Shown here one piece after another: positions 23,890 through 36,509 of a stretch of DNA of 64,000 nucleotides. This DNA is from Octopus sinensis. Lineage: Eukaryota. Within the stretch, counting starts at the first letter, position 1, and every line of letters starts with the position of its first letter. The DNA lies in assembly GCF_006345805.1 (NCBI RefSeq), contig NC_043015.1, positions 28,582,001 through 28,646,000 of the forward strand. The letters are read 5' to 3'. The notes below the pieces were generated by a model. It worked only from the letters and a program-made list of their open reading frames with translations. It made no database searches and had not been told where the DNA came from. A program made the translations under genes and the position numbers.

Positions 23890-24841
23890 ACCATATCACG
23901 CCATCCGACAAATTTTTTTTGGCTACATCCTTCAAGGAACATTTCTAGAGAATAGTAAGTTAAAGTGCGAGCAGATTATTGATATTTTATATTATTGGGC
24001 AAAAGAAGATTTAGCAAAGGGAATAGCCCAGGAATGCCGTATAGATTGGAGAAATTTTTGCTGTGATATATGTGCAGAATATTATGTTGCACAAAACATT
24101 AAGCTCGGAGGGCCAAACTGAATTGTAGAGATAGATGAAAGAGCGTTTGTTAGAAGAAAATATAATGTTGGCCATCAGGTTAAAACGCAGTGGGTTTTGG
24201 TGCTTTGGAAAGGGATACTAGAAGATGGTATTTGGTGGCAGTGGAAGATCGGACTGCGGACACTCTTTTAGAAATTATACAAGAGCGTATATAGCCTGGT
24301 ACAACTGTAATTTCTAACCTCTGGCGTTCGTATAATACGCTCAATCAGCTAGGATATAGGCATTTGACTGTGAATCATCATCATCATCATCATCATCGTT
24401 TAACGTCCGTTCTCCATGCTAGCATGGGTTGGACGGTTCGACCGGGGTTCTGGGAAGCCAGAAGGCTGCACCAGGCTCCAGTCTAATCTGGCAATGTTTC
24501 TACAGCTGGATGCCCTTCCTAACGCCAACCACTCCGTGAGTGTAGTGGGTGCTTTTTACGTGCCACCTGCACAGGTGCCAGGCGAGGCTGGCAACGGCCA
24601 CGGTCAGATTGGTGTTTTTATGTGCCACCGGCAATAAATTTTGTTGATCCGGTAACATTTGCCACAACCAACCACATAGAATGTTTATGGAAGCATGTAA
24701 GAATCGTAACAAAAGAGAAAATGGAACAGCCCGAAATTTACTTCAATCCCATCTCATTGAATTCATGTGGCATTATGATTTAAGGACGAAATCTTTGGAA
24801 AGTTATTGGAACAAATTCAACATCTATACCCATGCATTTGA
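23890..24841 (+). pseudogene. Merlin transposase fossil, copy 3, with the SINE insertion
   Basis: Near-identical to 5100-6058 apart from homopolymer indels. Confidence 0.8.
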
Positions 24842-24865
24842 AACGTTACAGAATAGAAGTATCTA

Positions 24866-25636
24866 CAAAGCATTTGTTTTATATTTCATTAAATTCTCTC
24901 AGTTGAAAATTATATTTTTAATTCTAAATAATTTGCAATTTCAGAAAATATATTAACTTTGCATTTTTAATTTGATAAGTTCTACGGAAACAAACAAGTG
25001 ACGTCAGATTGAAGTCACACTTTCTTTTACTTTCCTCCTGACAGCTAATTCCGTAGTGGTGCCTGTAACAGGATGTAGCGCAACTACGTGCTCTTTGTTT
25101 CTTACACACACACGCCGCCTACACCAAGCATTTGTTTTATATTTCATTAAATTCTCTCAGTTGAAAATTATTTTTATATTCTAAATAATTTGCAATTTCA
25201 GAAAATATATTAACTTTGCATTTTTTAATTTGATAAGTTCTACGGAAACAAACAAGTGACGTCAGATTGAAGTCACACTTTCTTTTACTTTCCTCTGACA
25301 GCTAATTCCGTAGTGGTGCCTGTAACAGGATGTAGCGCAACTACGTGCTCTTTTGTTTTCTTACACACACGCCGCCTTACACACAAGCATTTGTTTTATA
25401 TTTCATTAAATTCTCTCAGTTGAAAATTATTTTTTATATTCTAAATAATTTGCAATTTCAGAAAATATATTAACTTTGCATTTTTTAATTTGATAAGTTC
25501 TACGGAAACAACAAGTGACGTCAGATTGAAGTCACACTTTCTTTTACTTTCCTCCTGACAGCTAATTCCGTAGTGGTGCCTGTAACAGGATGTAGCGCAA
25601 CTACGTGCTCTTTTGTTTTCTTACACACACGCCGCC
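24866..25636 (+). repeat. Tandem triplication of ~258 bp from the Merlin 3' end
   Basis: Three copies of AAGCATTTGTTTTATATTTC...ACACACACGCCGCC, ending at about 25119, 25376 and 25636. Single copy in the other four units. Confidence 0.9.
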
Positions 25637-26001
25637 TCAATTCAGGTGGGGTAAACATTTAAATTAACATTTTTTTGTTGATGCTCACATCCCACCAATG
25701 GAGCACACGTGTGGCCCACTGGTATAATCATTAAAGGGGATGAGGAGTAAAAAAAAAAAAATCATAAATTTTCCAAACCATTTTTTCATCATAACAATGT
25801 TTCCCATCATTTCGAAGGTTGTGGTGAAAAACAATCGGGAAAACCCAGTCAAAAGGGAGAAATTCAAACTTATGTGGTCTTCTTGATCGGAAACTCCTCT
25901 CCCTGCTCCTTAAAAAATTTTTCCACGAGAAATTTCTTTATAATCTTAATCTATGCTGTTTGAAAGGTATTTATATAAAATTGATTAAAATATCCCTTTT
26001 C

Positions 26002-26848
26002 GGCAATGTGTCGTTTGTAGTAGCACGCTTGTAGCACGTTTCCGTCGATTTCTGTAAAAAACTTTTATTTTTTTTACATATGGCTTTGCGGGAACATTTG
26101 AAGTAATGAGAGCGAAAGAGACTAAGAGGAAGCGATTTTATGACGAGGAAATTTCTTTTGAAGCTATGAAAGCATTGATGTACGTGTGTGTGTGTGTTTG
26201 ATGGGGTGTGGGAGACAGACAGTATGTTGTGTAAGTGAAGTGCTTCTGTTAGTGTGTGTGAAGAGACAGAGAGAGTAATGTGTGAAAGAGAGAGATAACT
26301 GAAATTTTTTACTCGATTTATGGCTGCATGTATGTGTGTGTGTGTATGTATCTATGTATGTGTGTGTGTATGTATTGTGTGTGTATGTATGGCCGATTCA
26401 GTAATTTTTTACTCGGTGTATGTGTATATGTATGTCTGCATGTATGTATGTGTGTGTATGTATCTATGTATGTGTGTGTGTGTGTAAGTATGTGTAAAAA
26501 ATTACACTGAATCGGCCATACATACATACATACATACATATATACATACATCGAGTAAAAAATTTCAGTTATCTCTCTCTTTCACACATTACTCTCTCTC
26601 TGTCTCTTCACACACACTAACAGAAGCACTTCACTTACACAACATACTGTCTGTCTCCCACACCGCATCAAACACACACACACGTGTACATCAATGCTTT
26701 CATAGCTTCAAAAGAAATTTCCTCGTCATAAAATCGCTTCCTCTTCGTCTCTTTCGTTCTCATTACTTCAAATGTTTTTTTACGGAAATCGACGGAGGAA
26801 ATCGACGGAAACGTGCTACAAGCGTGCTACTACAAATGAAACATTGCC
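26002..26848. mobile_element. Foldback MITE, second full copy, in tandem with the short form at 26853-27173
   Basis: Same arms and the same arm-specific differences as 18886-19980. A degenerate ~8-bp TSD (CCATTTTC in the empty site at about 46265) fits the Merlin superfamily. Confidence 0.78.
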
Positions 26849-28460
26849 CCATGGCAATGTTTCGTTTGTAGTACACGCTTGTAGCACGTTTCCGTCGATT
26901 TCTGTAAAAAACTTTTATTTTTTTACAATATGGCTTTGCGGGAACATTTGAAGTAATGAGAGCGAAAGAGACAAGATGAAGCGATTTTATGACGAGGAAT
27001 TTCTTTTGACTATGAAAGCATTGATTACGTGTGTGTGTGTGTTTGATGGGGTGTGGGAGACAGACAGTATGTTGTGTAAGTGAAGTGCTTCTGTTAGTGT
27101 GTTGAAGAGACAGAGAGAGTAAGTGTGAAAGAGAGAGTAACTGAAATTTTTGCTACTACAACGAAACATTGCCCCATTGGCTCCTGAAAGTTATGAGGGA
27201 AAAAATAGGATTGTGTGAATTTTCCGAAAGTCCTCTCCTCCTCTCCGTTTCGTTTACGCAAATTTTGTTTTCCAGATTCGTTAACTTTTTTCTTCTTGTT
27301 CTGGTGGCCGGGTATTAAACTTGTAGTGTGATGGATGAAGAAGACAACAGAAAAAGAAGCAACGGGAGAAAGAAATACAAAAGGCCTTACCTCTTCGAAA
27401 TCAGCGGTCTCTTTCACGAATTCTACACGTCTTATCGCTTTCCCGTCTATGTTGGAACTGTCCTGCTTGACAAACTCCTGCTGCGCATGCATTCTGCAGT
27501 CTTCCGCCCACTTCATCTATCACCAGTGCACCACTTAGCTCATCACATCCTATAACACCGACTGCCAACACCACAAAACTAGGGAGTAACCGATTCGCTG
27601 GCAGAAAAGTTAGCACGACGGGCGAAATGCTTAGCGGTATTTCGTCAGCGATACGTTCTGGGTTCAAATTCCGCCAAGGTCGACTTTGCCTTTTATCCTT
27701 TCGGGGTCGATAAATTAAGTACCAGTTACGCACTGGTGTCGATGTAATGGACTGAATACCTATGTCTGTCCTTGTTTGTCCCCTCTGTGTTTAGCCCCTT
27801 GTGGGTAATAAAGAAATAGCTATCCCAGACACTCCTATTAGATTGATACAGAAATTAACCGTTTTCTTATTTTTCAAGGTAGGATATGATTTTAGGAAGA
27901 TTTGGCTGGTCTATTGACCACGTAGGGGTTTTCTCTTTGACTCATATCTAGATTTTGATGTCAGCCAAGTTTTTTAAAGAATGAAAGTTTTCGAAAATGA
28001 ACACGCTAATAATAAATAATTTCCATTATTTTATTTCATACACAAAACATTCGGTTAATGTGAATAACTTGTCTTATTTTATCTAAAAAGACGAAGTGAA
28101 AAAAAAAAAAGAATTTAATCTGCTACATGGTGAAGTTTTGCCGTGATTTGACTTTCAAATAATGCATGACAAAACTATGGAATGTCGTCGATAATGAAGA
28201 CTTTGCGAGGAAAGTTCGAGCGACGTGGCAATGAATGTGAAGTAATTAGTATGTCGAGTTTCGTTCCTTGCTGATAGAGTTAAAATGGGAGAAACATTTT
28301 TGTTTTAAAATTTCTATAGCGCAAAATAGAAGTTAACTGCAGCATAAAGTAGAAAAGAAGTTCTGCCGACGACCACGTAGACTGCAGTTGACTCCAGAAT
28401 GTGTACGGTAGACTAATTAACGATCTCGGCGTATAATGTGTGATGAACCAGAAATAATAA

Positions 28461-30951
28461 TCTCTCTCTATATAAAACTGAGAACGTGTGTCTGTCTGTG
28501 TTTCCCTAAAAGTTGAGAACTACATAACCAATTTCATTCAAATTTTACACATGCCTTACTTAGGGTCCATGTTTTTTTAATGGGCAAAAAAAATGTTCAA
28601 CTTCTTGCCTTGGGCGAGCCCATAGCAATATCATATGTTCTCCACTATGATTCCCTAAAACTTGAGAACTACATAACCAATTTCATTCAAATTTTACACA
28701 TGCCTTAATCAGGGTCCATGTTTTTTTAATGGGCAAAAAAATGTTCAACTTCTTGCCTCGGGCGAGCCCATAGCAATATCATATCTTCTCCACTATGATT
28801 CCCTAAACTTGAAAAGTACATAACCAATTTCATTCAAATTATACACATGCCTTACTTAGGGTCCATGTAGTTTCATGGGCAAAAAAATGTTCAACTTCTT
28901 GCCTAGAGCGAGCCCATAGCAATATCATATCTTCTCCACTATTTCAGTGTTACGTGTTAAAAGTGAAACAAAAACATTTCTCTATTTTATGTCAGATACT
29001 TTCACTTTAACAATAAAAGTTAGAGATAATAATAACAATTGAATTATATGCAGTAAGTAATAATTACAATCAAACTAAAGTATAATATAATCGTAACATA
29101 ACAAAAGTAAAAATAGCAGTTGGTATAAAACTGCATCAATGACTTGAACTTGAATAAGTGATTTCACATGAATGGGAATAACTCAAAAATAAAATTAGTG
29201 TGCAGTATTGGAATAGCCCAGATGGAGCTGTGCACATACCATTTACCACGGCTTTTACATTAGATTATTTGCTAATTAGCTAGCATTAAGTTTGGCTGCA
29301 TGTAATGTCTGTTTTCTCGAACAGCCACTACTACTGAGTACTGCTGTTGGTTTATTTTTTTATATATAAAAGACCATAGCTTCAACTGCGTACTGCTTTT
29401 TGATTCACCGTAAGGATTGTTGTTATTATTATTATTATTGTTTATTGTTATCACGTTTGTTGGTTCCTAGTAAGGGAAACGTTGTTGTGTTACATTTGTT
29501 AAATAATTGTAAACTGTAACCCTCCTTCTTTGGGAAAAGGGGCTTTGGTTATTGTTTAAAATTGAATTGTGTCCCTGTTTGGGGAAATTGACAATATTTT
29601 CACTGTTTATACGGAAGCATTTTTGTTAGAATGCCTTCGATAGAAGAAAGTCCAAAAATGAATTTCGCTGCAGCCGTCGGCGGGCGCGACCTCATTAAAT
29701 TAAAATGGAAGAAATACAAACCTATTTCGGATTGATCACAGACAAAGATGGTGAATCTAGGATAACACCACCAAACGAAATAAAAAATTAAATTAAAGAA
29801 AAGACTATTGTCTATAAAGTATACAATGTAGAGAAAAAAAAGATTTGAACACCTGGAGGAAAGCACCATCGTAAAGTGTCTTGGTGCGACTATGAAAGAT
29901 ATCTAACCAGAGGCAGTAAATTCACAACAATAGAAGCAAGGTTCGAGTCAACGGAGCATGCAAGGGAGTACTTGACTCGAACCTTGCAAAGTGGAAATAT
30001 TTTATTTTTACCTTTATATCTGGGACGTAGGACGTCCCAGATGAAAATTAAAAATGTCCCCCCAGAAGTAGAGGTAGGCTGGATTGTAGCCACACTGCTA
30101 TACAAGAGGGAGGACAAGATACAATTGATCGAAATTGCAAGAGACAAGCCTACAATTCCAGTCTGTTATATATTTTGAATGTGTTGTTATGTTTAAAATT
30201 GAATTTTGTCCCTGTTTGGAAATTGACAATATTTTCACTGTTTATACGGGGAACTTTTGTTAGAATGCCTCGATAGAAGAAGTCCAAAAATGAATTTCGC
30301 TGCAGCCGTCGGCGGGCCGACCTCATTAAAAAAAATGGAAAATACAACCTATTTCGGATTGATCACAGACAAAGATGGTGAATCTAGGATAACACCACCA
30401 ACGAAATAAAATTAAATTAAAGAAAAGACTATTGTCTATAAAGTATACAATGTAGAGAAAAAAAAGATTTGAACACCTGAGAAAGCACCATCGTAAGTGT
30501 CTTGGTGCGACTATGAAAGATATCTAACCAGAGGCAGTAAATCACACAATAGAAGCAGGTTCGAGTCAACGGAGCATGCAAGGGAGTACTTGACTCGAAC
30601 CTTGCAAAGTGGAAATATTTTATTTTTACCTTTATATCTGGGACGTAGGACGTCCCAGATGAAAATTAAAAATGTCTCCCCCCAGAAGTAGAGGTAGGCT
30701 GGATTGTAGCCACACTGCTATACAAGAGGGAGGACAAGATACAATTGATCGAAATTGCAAGAGACAAGCCTACAATTCCAGTCTGTTATATATTTTGAAT
30801 GTTGTTATCACTAGCGATATCAAGATATAACTTTGTATTTTGTATTTTATGTGTAGATGTATATATAGATGTACATGTAATATGTACACATATATACACA
30901 TATATACATGCACTAGCACTATGACCCGGCAATAATGGGTCATAATGCTAG
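28461..30951 (+). mobile_element. Non-autonomous Helitron carrying an internal LINE-ORF1-like fragment (homolog 60254-61979)
   Basis: A|TC 5' end. The 3' hairpin TATGACCC-GGCAATAAT-GGGTCATA is followed by TGCTAG|T. Three 149-bp repeats here, two in the 60-kb copy. Confidence 0.6.
29552..30805 (+). repeat. ~615-bp tandem duplication containing a probable retroelement ORF1 fragment (EARFESTEHA...GRRTSQMKIKNVPPEV)
   Basis: Two copies here and one at 61200-61825. The offset to the 61-kb homolog shifts from 31646 to 31031 across it. The second copy is indel-rich. Confidence 0.75.
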
Positions 30952-32644
30952 TAATAAATAGATATTTTTTCAACTAGCAAGGAAAATCATTAACTAATAC
31001 TCGCCCGAACTTCTTTTATAATATGGAGCAATATATGCATGAAATAAGTAAATATAATGAACACATGTAAATAATAATTAAGAAAATAATTAAGTAAATA
31101 ATTAATGAACACAAGTGTGATCGTTGCCAGAGCAGCAAACTGCCTTCCGTTCCGGCGGCACGTAAAAAGCACCCTTTGAGTGTGATTGTTGCCAGCGTTG
31201 CCCTACTGGCACATGAAAAAACATTCAAGCAAGGTCGTTACCAGTGCTGCTGGACTGGCACCTGTGTAGGTGGCACGTAAAAACACTATTTGAGCATGGC
31301 CGTTGCCAGTACCACTTGACTGGCCCTTGTGCCAGTGGCATGTAAAGTACCCACTACACTCTCGGAGTGGTTGGCATTAGGAAGGGCATCCAGCTGTAGA
31401 AACTTTGGCAGATCAGATTGGAGCCTCGTGCAGCCATCTGGTTCACCAGACCTCAGTCAAATTGTCCAATCCATGCTAGCATGGAAAGTGGACGTTAAAC
31501 GATGATGATGATGATTCTTGTTCCACTTATAGACAGAACACTCCCAGAATATATATTAATCATTCTCTCTGTTATTTTGAGAATGCCAACTTTGCTACAT
31601 TACTAATTCGGCAATTAAGGCAGTGAGCTAGCAGAATCATTAACGTGCCAGGGGAATGTTTGGTATTTCGCCTGTCACTACATTCTGAGTTCTAATTCCA
31701 CCGAGGTCGACTTTGCATTTCATTCTGTTGGGGGTCAATAAAAATAACCCGGTGGTACACTGGGGTCAGTGTAATCGACTTGATACCGACTCCTCAAGCT
31801 GCACTTGTGGCAAAAATTGTGAAATAATTATTAATTAGACAGTGCATTAATTAGACATATGCATGGTATTTATATGTATATAGTGTGTTGGCTGTTAACT
31901 TTTCAAAAGTTTTGTAACATCAAAATTACAGAATCAATGGAATTCTTCAATCAAGATCCAAGACTAAAATCCCTGAGGTAATATGAGGGCTCAAGAATTT
32001 CAAATGTCTATATTTAAAAGAAAATAAAGCCAGATGCAATTAACACATACATAGGCGCAGGAGTGGCTGTGTGGTAAGTAGCTTGCTAACCAGCCACATG
32101 GTTCCGGGTTCAGTCCCACTGCTGGCATCTTGGGCAAGTGTCTTCTGCTATAGCCCCCGGCCTCTGAAAGAAGCCTGTCGTATATATGTATATATATGTA
32201 TATGTATGTATGTGTGTGTGTGGTGTGTTTGTGTGTCTGTGTGTTTGTCCCCCTAGCATGGTGTGTTACGTCCCCGTCACTTAGCGGTTCGGTAAAAGAG
32301 ACCGATAGAATAAGTACTGGGCTTACAAAGAATAAGTGCCGGGGTTCGATTTGCTCGACTAAAGGCGGTGCTCCAGCATGGCCGCAGTCAAATGACTGAA
32401 ACAAGTAAAAGAGTAAAAGAGAGAAAAAAAGAGAATAATGATTAAATATTTACTGAGATGCTTTATTAATATAAACAGAAATAAAACTTACAAGCATTGA
32501 TTTCACTTTATTCAATAAGTAAATAACGTTTACAGGCAACAATAAGTTTATTGTTAAAATAATAAAAGATACGTTCAAGAGTGTAATATTTTCCGTAAAT
32601 GTACAACACATACAAATTGATAATGTTGATTAAAATTAAAACTT

Positions 32645-32969
32645 ATTTACGTTATTTACAATTGACAAGAATTTGTCCTCATCTTGTTGTTGTTAACACA
32701 TTTCAGCTGATATTCTATCTAGCATTCATCAGGTGTCTTGGGAAATTTCGAACCTGGGTTCTCATTCCTAAGGTATTTTTCGATGTTGCTGTTGTTGTTA
32801 TCATCATCATCATCATCATCATCATTATTCAGGCCACTGCCTGGAATTGAACGTGGGCATATGGCGTAGTCGTTAAGAGCACAGGCTACTAATCCCAAGA
32901 TTCCAAGTTCGATTCCAGGCAGTGACCTAAATAATGATAATAATAATAGTAATAATAATAATAATAATC

Positions 32970-33009
<40 letters not shown>

Positions 33010-33758
33010 TGCAGTACCAGGCAGTGGCTCTCATGGCTTCTCATCTTAACTGATTGGAAGTGTTATCATGTACATTGTTTTGTCTTGGTATGAAAGATTG
33101 GCTTACAAAAATATTCTGCTCAATACCACAGATTTGCTTGTCAGTTGTTTGACCTCAACCAGTTGATCATGTCCCTTAGTGGCTGATGATATGTGCATCT
33201 CTGATTACGAGCAGAAGTAGTGGGGGAGCATCATAGCCATGTGTTGAGAGGGACTCTTCAGGGTTTGAATAATTCACCTCTGGAAACTTGGGTGTTTCGT
33301 TCAACATCCTTAAACAACCCTTATTCAGGGACCTTTTGAGCTGGATGGGCTACTCGACCAGAAGAAAATTCTAAGTGGGCCCCACCTGCAAGGTCATGTG
33401 CTGTTTATCTTGATATGAGATCACCATGTCGCACACATATGGTTGTGATGCATGTGCTTAGTGTACCCTTATCAGACAGGTAGTCATGATGGGTATATTG
33501 GGCTTCGTATATTTTACCCCAGTATCACTATGATGGCATGCACTGCTCTCTCACTCAATAATAATAATAATAATAATAACGACAATATCGCAAAATACCT
33601 TAGGTATGAGAGCCCAGGTTCAAAATTTCCCCAAGACACCTGATGAAGGTTGGACGGTATATCAGCTGAAACATTGTGTTAATAACAAACAAGATGAGGA
33701 CAAATATCCATCAATTGTAAATAATGTATTTAATTCCTCATCTCTTAAATATAGAACT
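32645..33758. mobile_element. Inverted dimer of a tRNA-headed element with a Penelope-type hammerhead-like tail, inserted in the S4 3' flank (left part repeated at about 63710-64000)
   Basis: Arms 32645-32852 (reverse) and 32853-33758 (forward) share head, (ATN)n and AAATACCTTAGG...CAAGACACCTGATGAA...GAAA...GATGAGGACAAAT. A further repeat is nested at about 33010-33555. Confidence 0.65.
33633..33680 (+). ncRNA. Degenerate minimal hammerhead-ribozyme motif
   Basis: AAGACAC-CTGATGA-A-GGTTG(loop)CAGCT-GAAAC-ATT-GTGTT. Stem I is GACAC/GTGTT and stem II is GGTTG/CAGCT. Stem III is AACATT where a palindromic AACGTT would be expected. Confidence 0.45.
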
Positions 33759-33937
33759 AAATTAAAACTATTCTTATAATCTTTCATTGCATAGATATGT
33801 CCATGGTCTTGCACAATTACAACTATAATGCTTTAAGTCATTCTACTCAAAAATATTGTAAATAGATTTGCTCAGTTACGTTGTCTACATAATACAATCT
33901 AGTATCCCATAAGAGAAAAATCTTTGACAAGACAATA

Positions 33938-35094
33938 TCATCTATATCGTGGGTTTGTTACTTTACCAATGAAATGGATCATTTTAGTTCGGTCATCAAC
34001 AACTAAAAACGTGAATGGGTGATTGACATCAATTGCATCCCAATTCTCGACATATAATTTGAGACCACCATTCCACTTGCAGCAGCAGCTTCCGTTCCTT
34101 CTTCATTAACATCAACAAATGCTTTATGAAACATTTCACTGGCATAAATATTCTTCTCACCACCAGTCATTCCAGATAAATCAGCTTTTTGAGGATCAAA
34201 AATATCAGAGAGTCCAAGCTTTTTCAAAACATCACCCAACTGAAAACTACTCTCTAAACGAAATTTTGGCATATTTAATTCTAGAAGCATCATTTGAAAT
34301 CCTTTTCTGTCTATAATATCTTTGAGAAATTGAGCATTAATCTCCTTCTCTAAAGCAGCAAGACCATTGATTTCATTGGGAAGAATTACAAACATACTAA
34401 ATGCTTTTCCTATATAAGGTAACTCAACCACTTTATAGTTGTCGCTTATTTTGGTATTAAAATCTTCAGATTTATACATAAAATCATGAGATACAGTCTT
34501 GTCAGAACTTAAATAAAACTTTCTAGATTTTGTTGCATGTTCTGGGAATTTTTCAGCCCACATTCCTTTAAAATACACAGCATTAATAAGAACTAGAATT
34601 GATTGAGGTGTCAAACTACCACTTGGTAACAGATCGGTAATTTTGTTATTTGTGTTATTCTTTACCCAATCATTAATAGTAATTCTTGTCTTCTCAGCAT
34701 TTGTTATGAAGTCTACATTTTCAATATCTGAAAAGAAATATTTTACCATGTTGTTCTTGTAGTCTTCAGAAAAAGGGAATTTTTCACTGGCATACAAACG
34801 ATTCACTGAATTGAATGTGACAAGTTTATCTGATGTTTTCAAAAGTGAAAAATATTCTTTAAAAGCCAAAGCGACAGAATCTGGATTAGAAGTTATCTTC
34901 AAAACATTTTCAAACTGTTTGGCAGAGTTTTGTCTTGCTCCCAAATAAACCATTGATAAAACAGTAGCAACACTGAATGGTGACATGAAGACATTTTCAT
35001 TGGTTCCTGTAGCCACAGCTTGATAAAGACTGTTTGTAAAATAATCAATTGAAGCAGCAAGGTTACCGATGTCTTGTTTCTTTGCTGAGTCCAT
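33938..35094 (-). CDS. Serpin S4; short RCL SGMVVSNY-MSRIGMQ; one apparent frameshift just after the RCL
   Basis: ORF 34003-35199 contains MDSAKK starting at 35094. One T is missing in ATGCAA(T)TTGAT near 34031 relative to S5 (MQFDVN). Restoring it gives the C-terminus ...GKVTNPRYR with a stop at 33938-33940. Confidence 0.85.
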
Positions 35095-35198
35095 ATCGTA
35101 TATTGTCGTATCTGGAGAATATAGAATATGAAGAGAAAATATACAAAATAAATTCTTATAAACATTTGAGGCTACTGACCAGATCTCTAGATGGTGCA

Positions 35199-35476
35199 AA
35201 GTCCCCTTTCATCCCAAGGTAACATGGTGGTGGAACAATGTAGTTGACAGGGTCATTAGGGAAATGAAACAGGCTTGGAAAGACTGGAAGAACGGTGGTA
35301 GCAGGGAAATGTATCAGATCGCCAGAAGGGAAACTAGGAGACAGGTTTACTTAGTCAGAGGGGAAGCAGATAAGAAAAAAATTTGTCAATGTTCTGTGTC
35401 GTGAGGACCAAAGACTTAAAGTGTTTTGTGTTGCAAGACAGTGTGTGAGAGAGAATCATGATGTTATAGGAGAGAT
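35199..35476 (+). mobile_element. RTE-clade LINE ORF2 internal fragment
   Basis: TWWWNNVVDRVIREMKQAWKDWKNGGSREMYQIARRETRRQVYLVRGEADKKK resembles the EN-RT linker of RTE elements. It replaces the normal upstream flank of S4. Confidence 0.7.
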
Positions 35477-36509
35477 ATACACACACACAAATACATGCAT
35501 GCATGTACACGTACACACACACACACACACACTCATGCATGCATATTTTTATTATGAGTTCTGTATAAATATTTCAAAATGTTGAGTTAGTATGAAGGAC
35601 ATTGAGTAATTCTGCTTCAAAAAAATTAGACGAAACAGAAAACAATAATAAAATAACTTGTTGGATTTAGGAATGTTAAAAATCTCCAAACAATTATCAG
35701 ATAATAGATGAACTGAGAACAATGGAATATTAGGCGTAGGAGTGGCTGTGTGGTAAGTAGCTTGTTAACCAACCACATGGTTCCGGGTTCATCCCACTGT
35801 GTGGCATCTTGGGCAAATGTCTTCTGCTATAGCCCCGGGCCGACCAATGCTGTGTGAGTGGATTTGGTAGACGGAAACTGAAAGAAGCCTGTCGTATATA
35901 TATATGTATGTGTGTGTTTGTGTGTCTGTGTTTGTCCCCCTAGCATTGCTTGACAACCGATGCTGGTGTGTAAAAGTTTTGTAATGCCACAATTATTGAA
36001 ACAATGTAATTATTTTATCAAGATCCAAGACATAATTACGAAGGGTGAACACGGGGGCTTAAAAATTTCGAATGTCTAAATTTAAAACAAAGAATATAAA
36101 AGCCAGATGCAATCAACACATGCAAAATAATGGAATATTTACTGAGATACTTTATTAATATGAAGCATACAAATATTGATTTCACTTCATTCAACCAGAA
36201 AATAACGTTTACAGGCAACAGTAGATATATTGTTAAAATAGTAAACTTGCAAAGAAAGGATACTTTAAAAAGTGTCAAAATTTTCTGTCAATGTATGGCA
36301 TATACAAATTCATAATATTGATTTAGATTAATGTGGTATTATAATATATCATTGAATAGATATGACCTTGGTTCTACACAGTTACAATTATAATGTCCTA
36401 AGTCATTTTACTAAAAAAACCATTCTAAATAAATTTGTTCAGTTACATTCTCCACATAATACAATGTAGTATTCCCTAAGAGGGAAATCTTTGACAGGGC
36501 AATATCATC

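Noticed and set aside
29876-30178. 100-aa ORF as an independent host gene
   Set aside because: It lacks an ATG start and splice context, lies inside a Helitron-bounded repeat, and looks like a truncated retroelement ORF1.
32853-32930. tRNA-like sequences here and at 184-260, 12925-13000 and 63915-63995
   Set aside because: A and B boxes are present but there is no convincing cloverleaf or acceptor stem, and they run into repeat bodies, so they are SINE heads.
35095-35199. N-terminal extensions of S4 (and of S7, 43049-43123) as signal peptides
   Set aside because: They run through the acceptor and polypyrimidine tract, are in different frames in different paralogs, and are absent from S1, S2 and S8.
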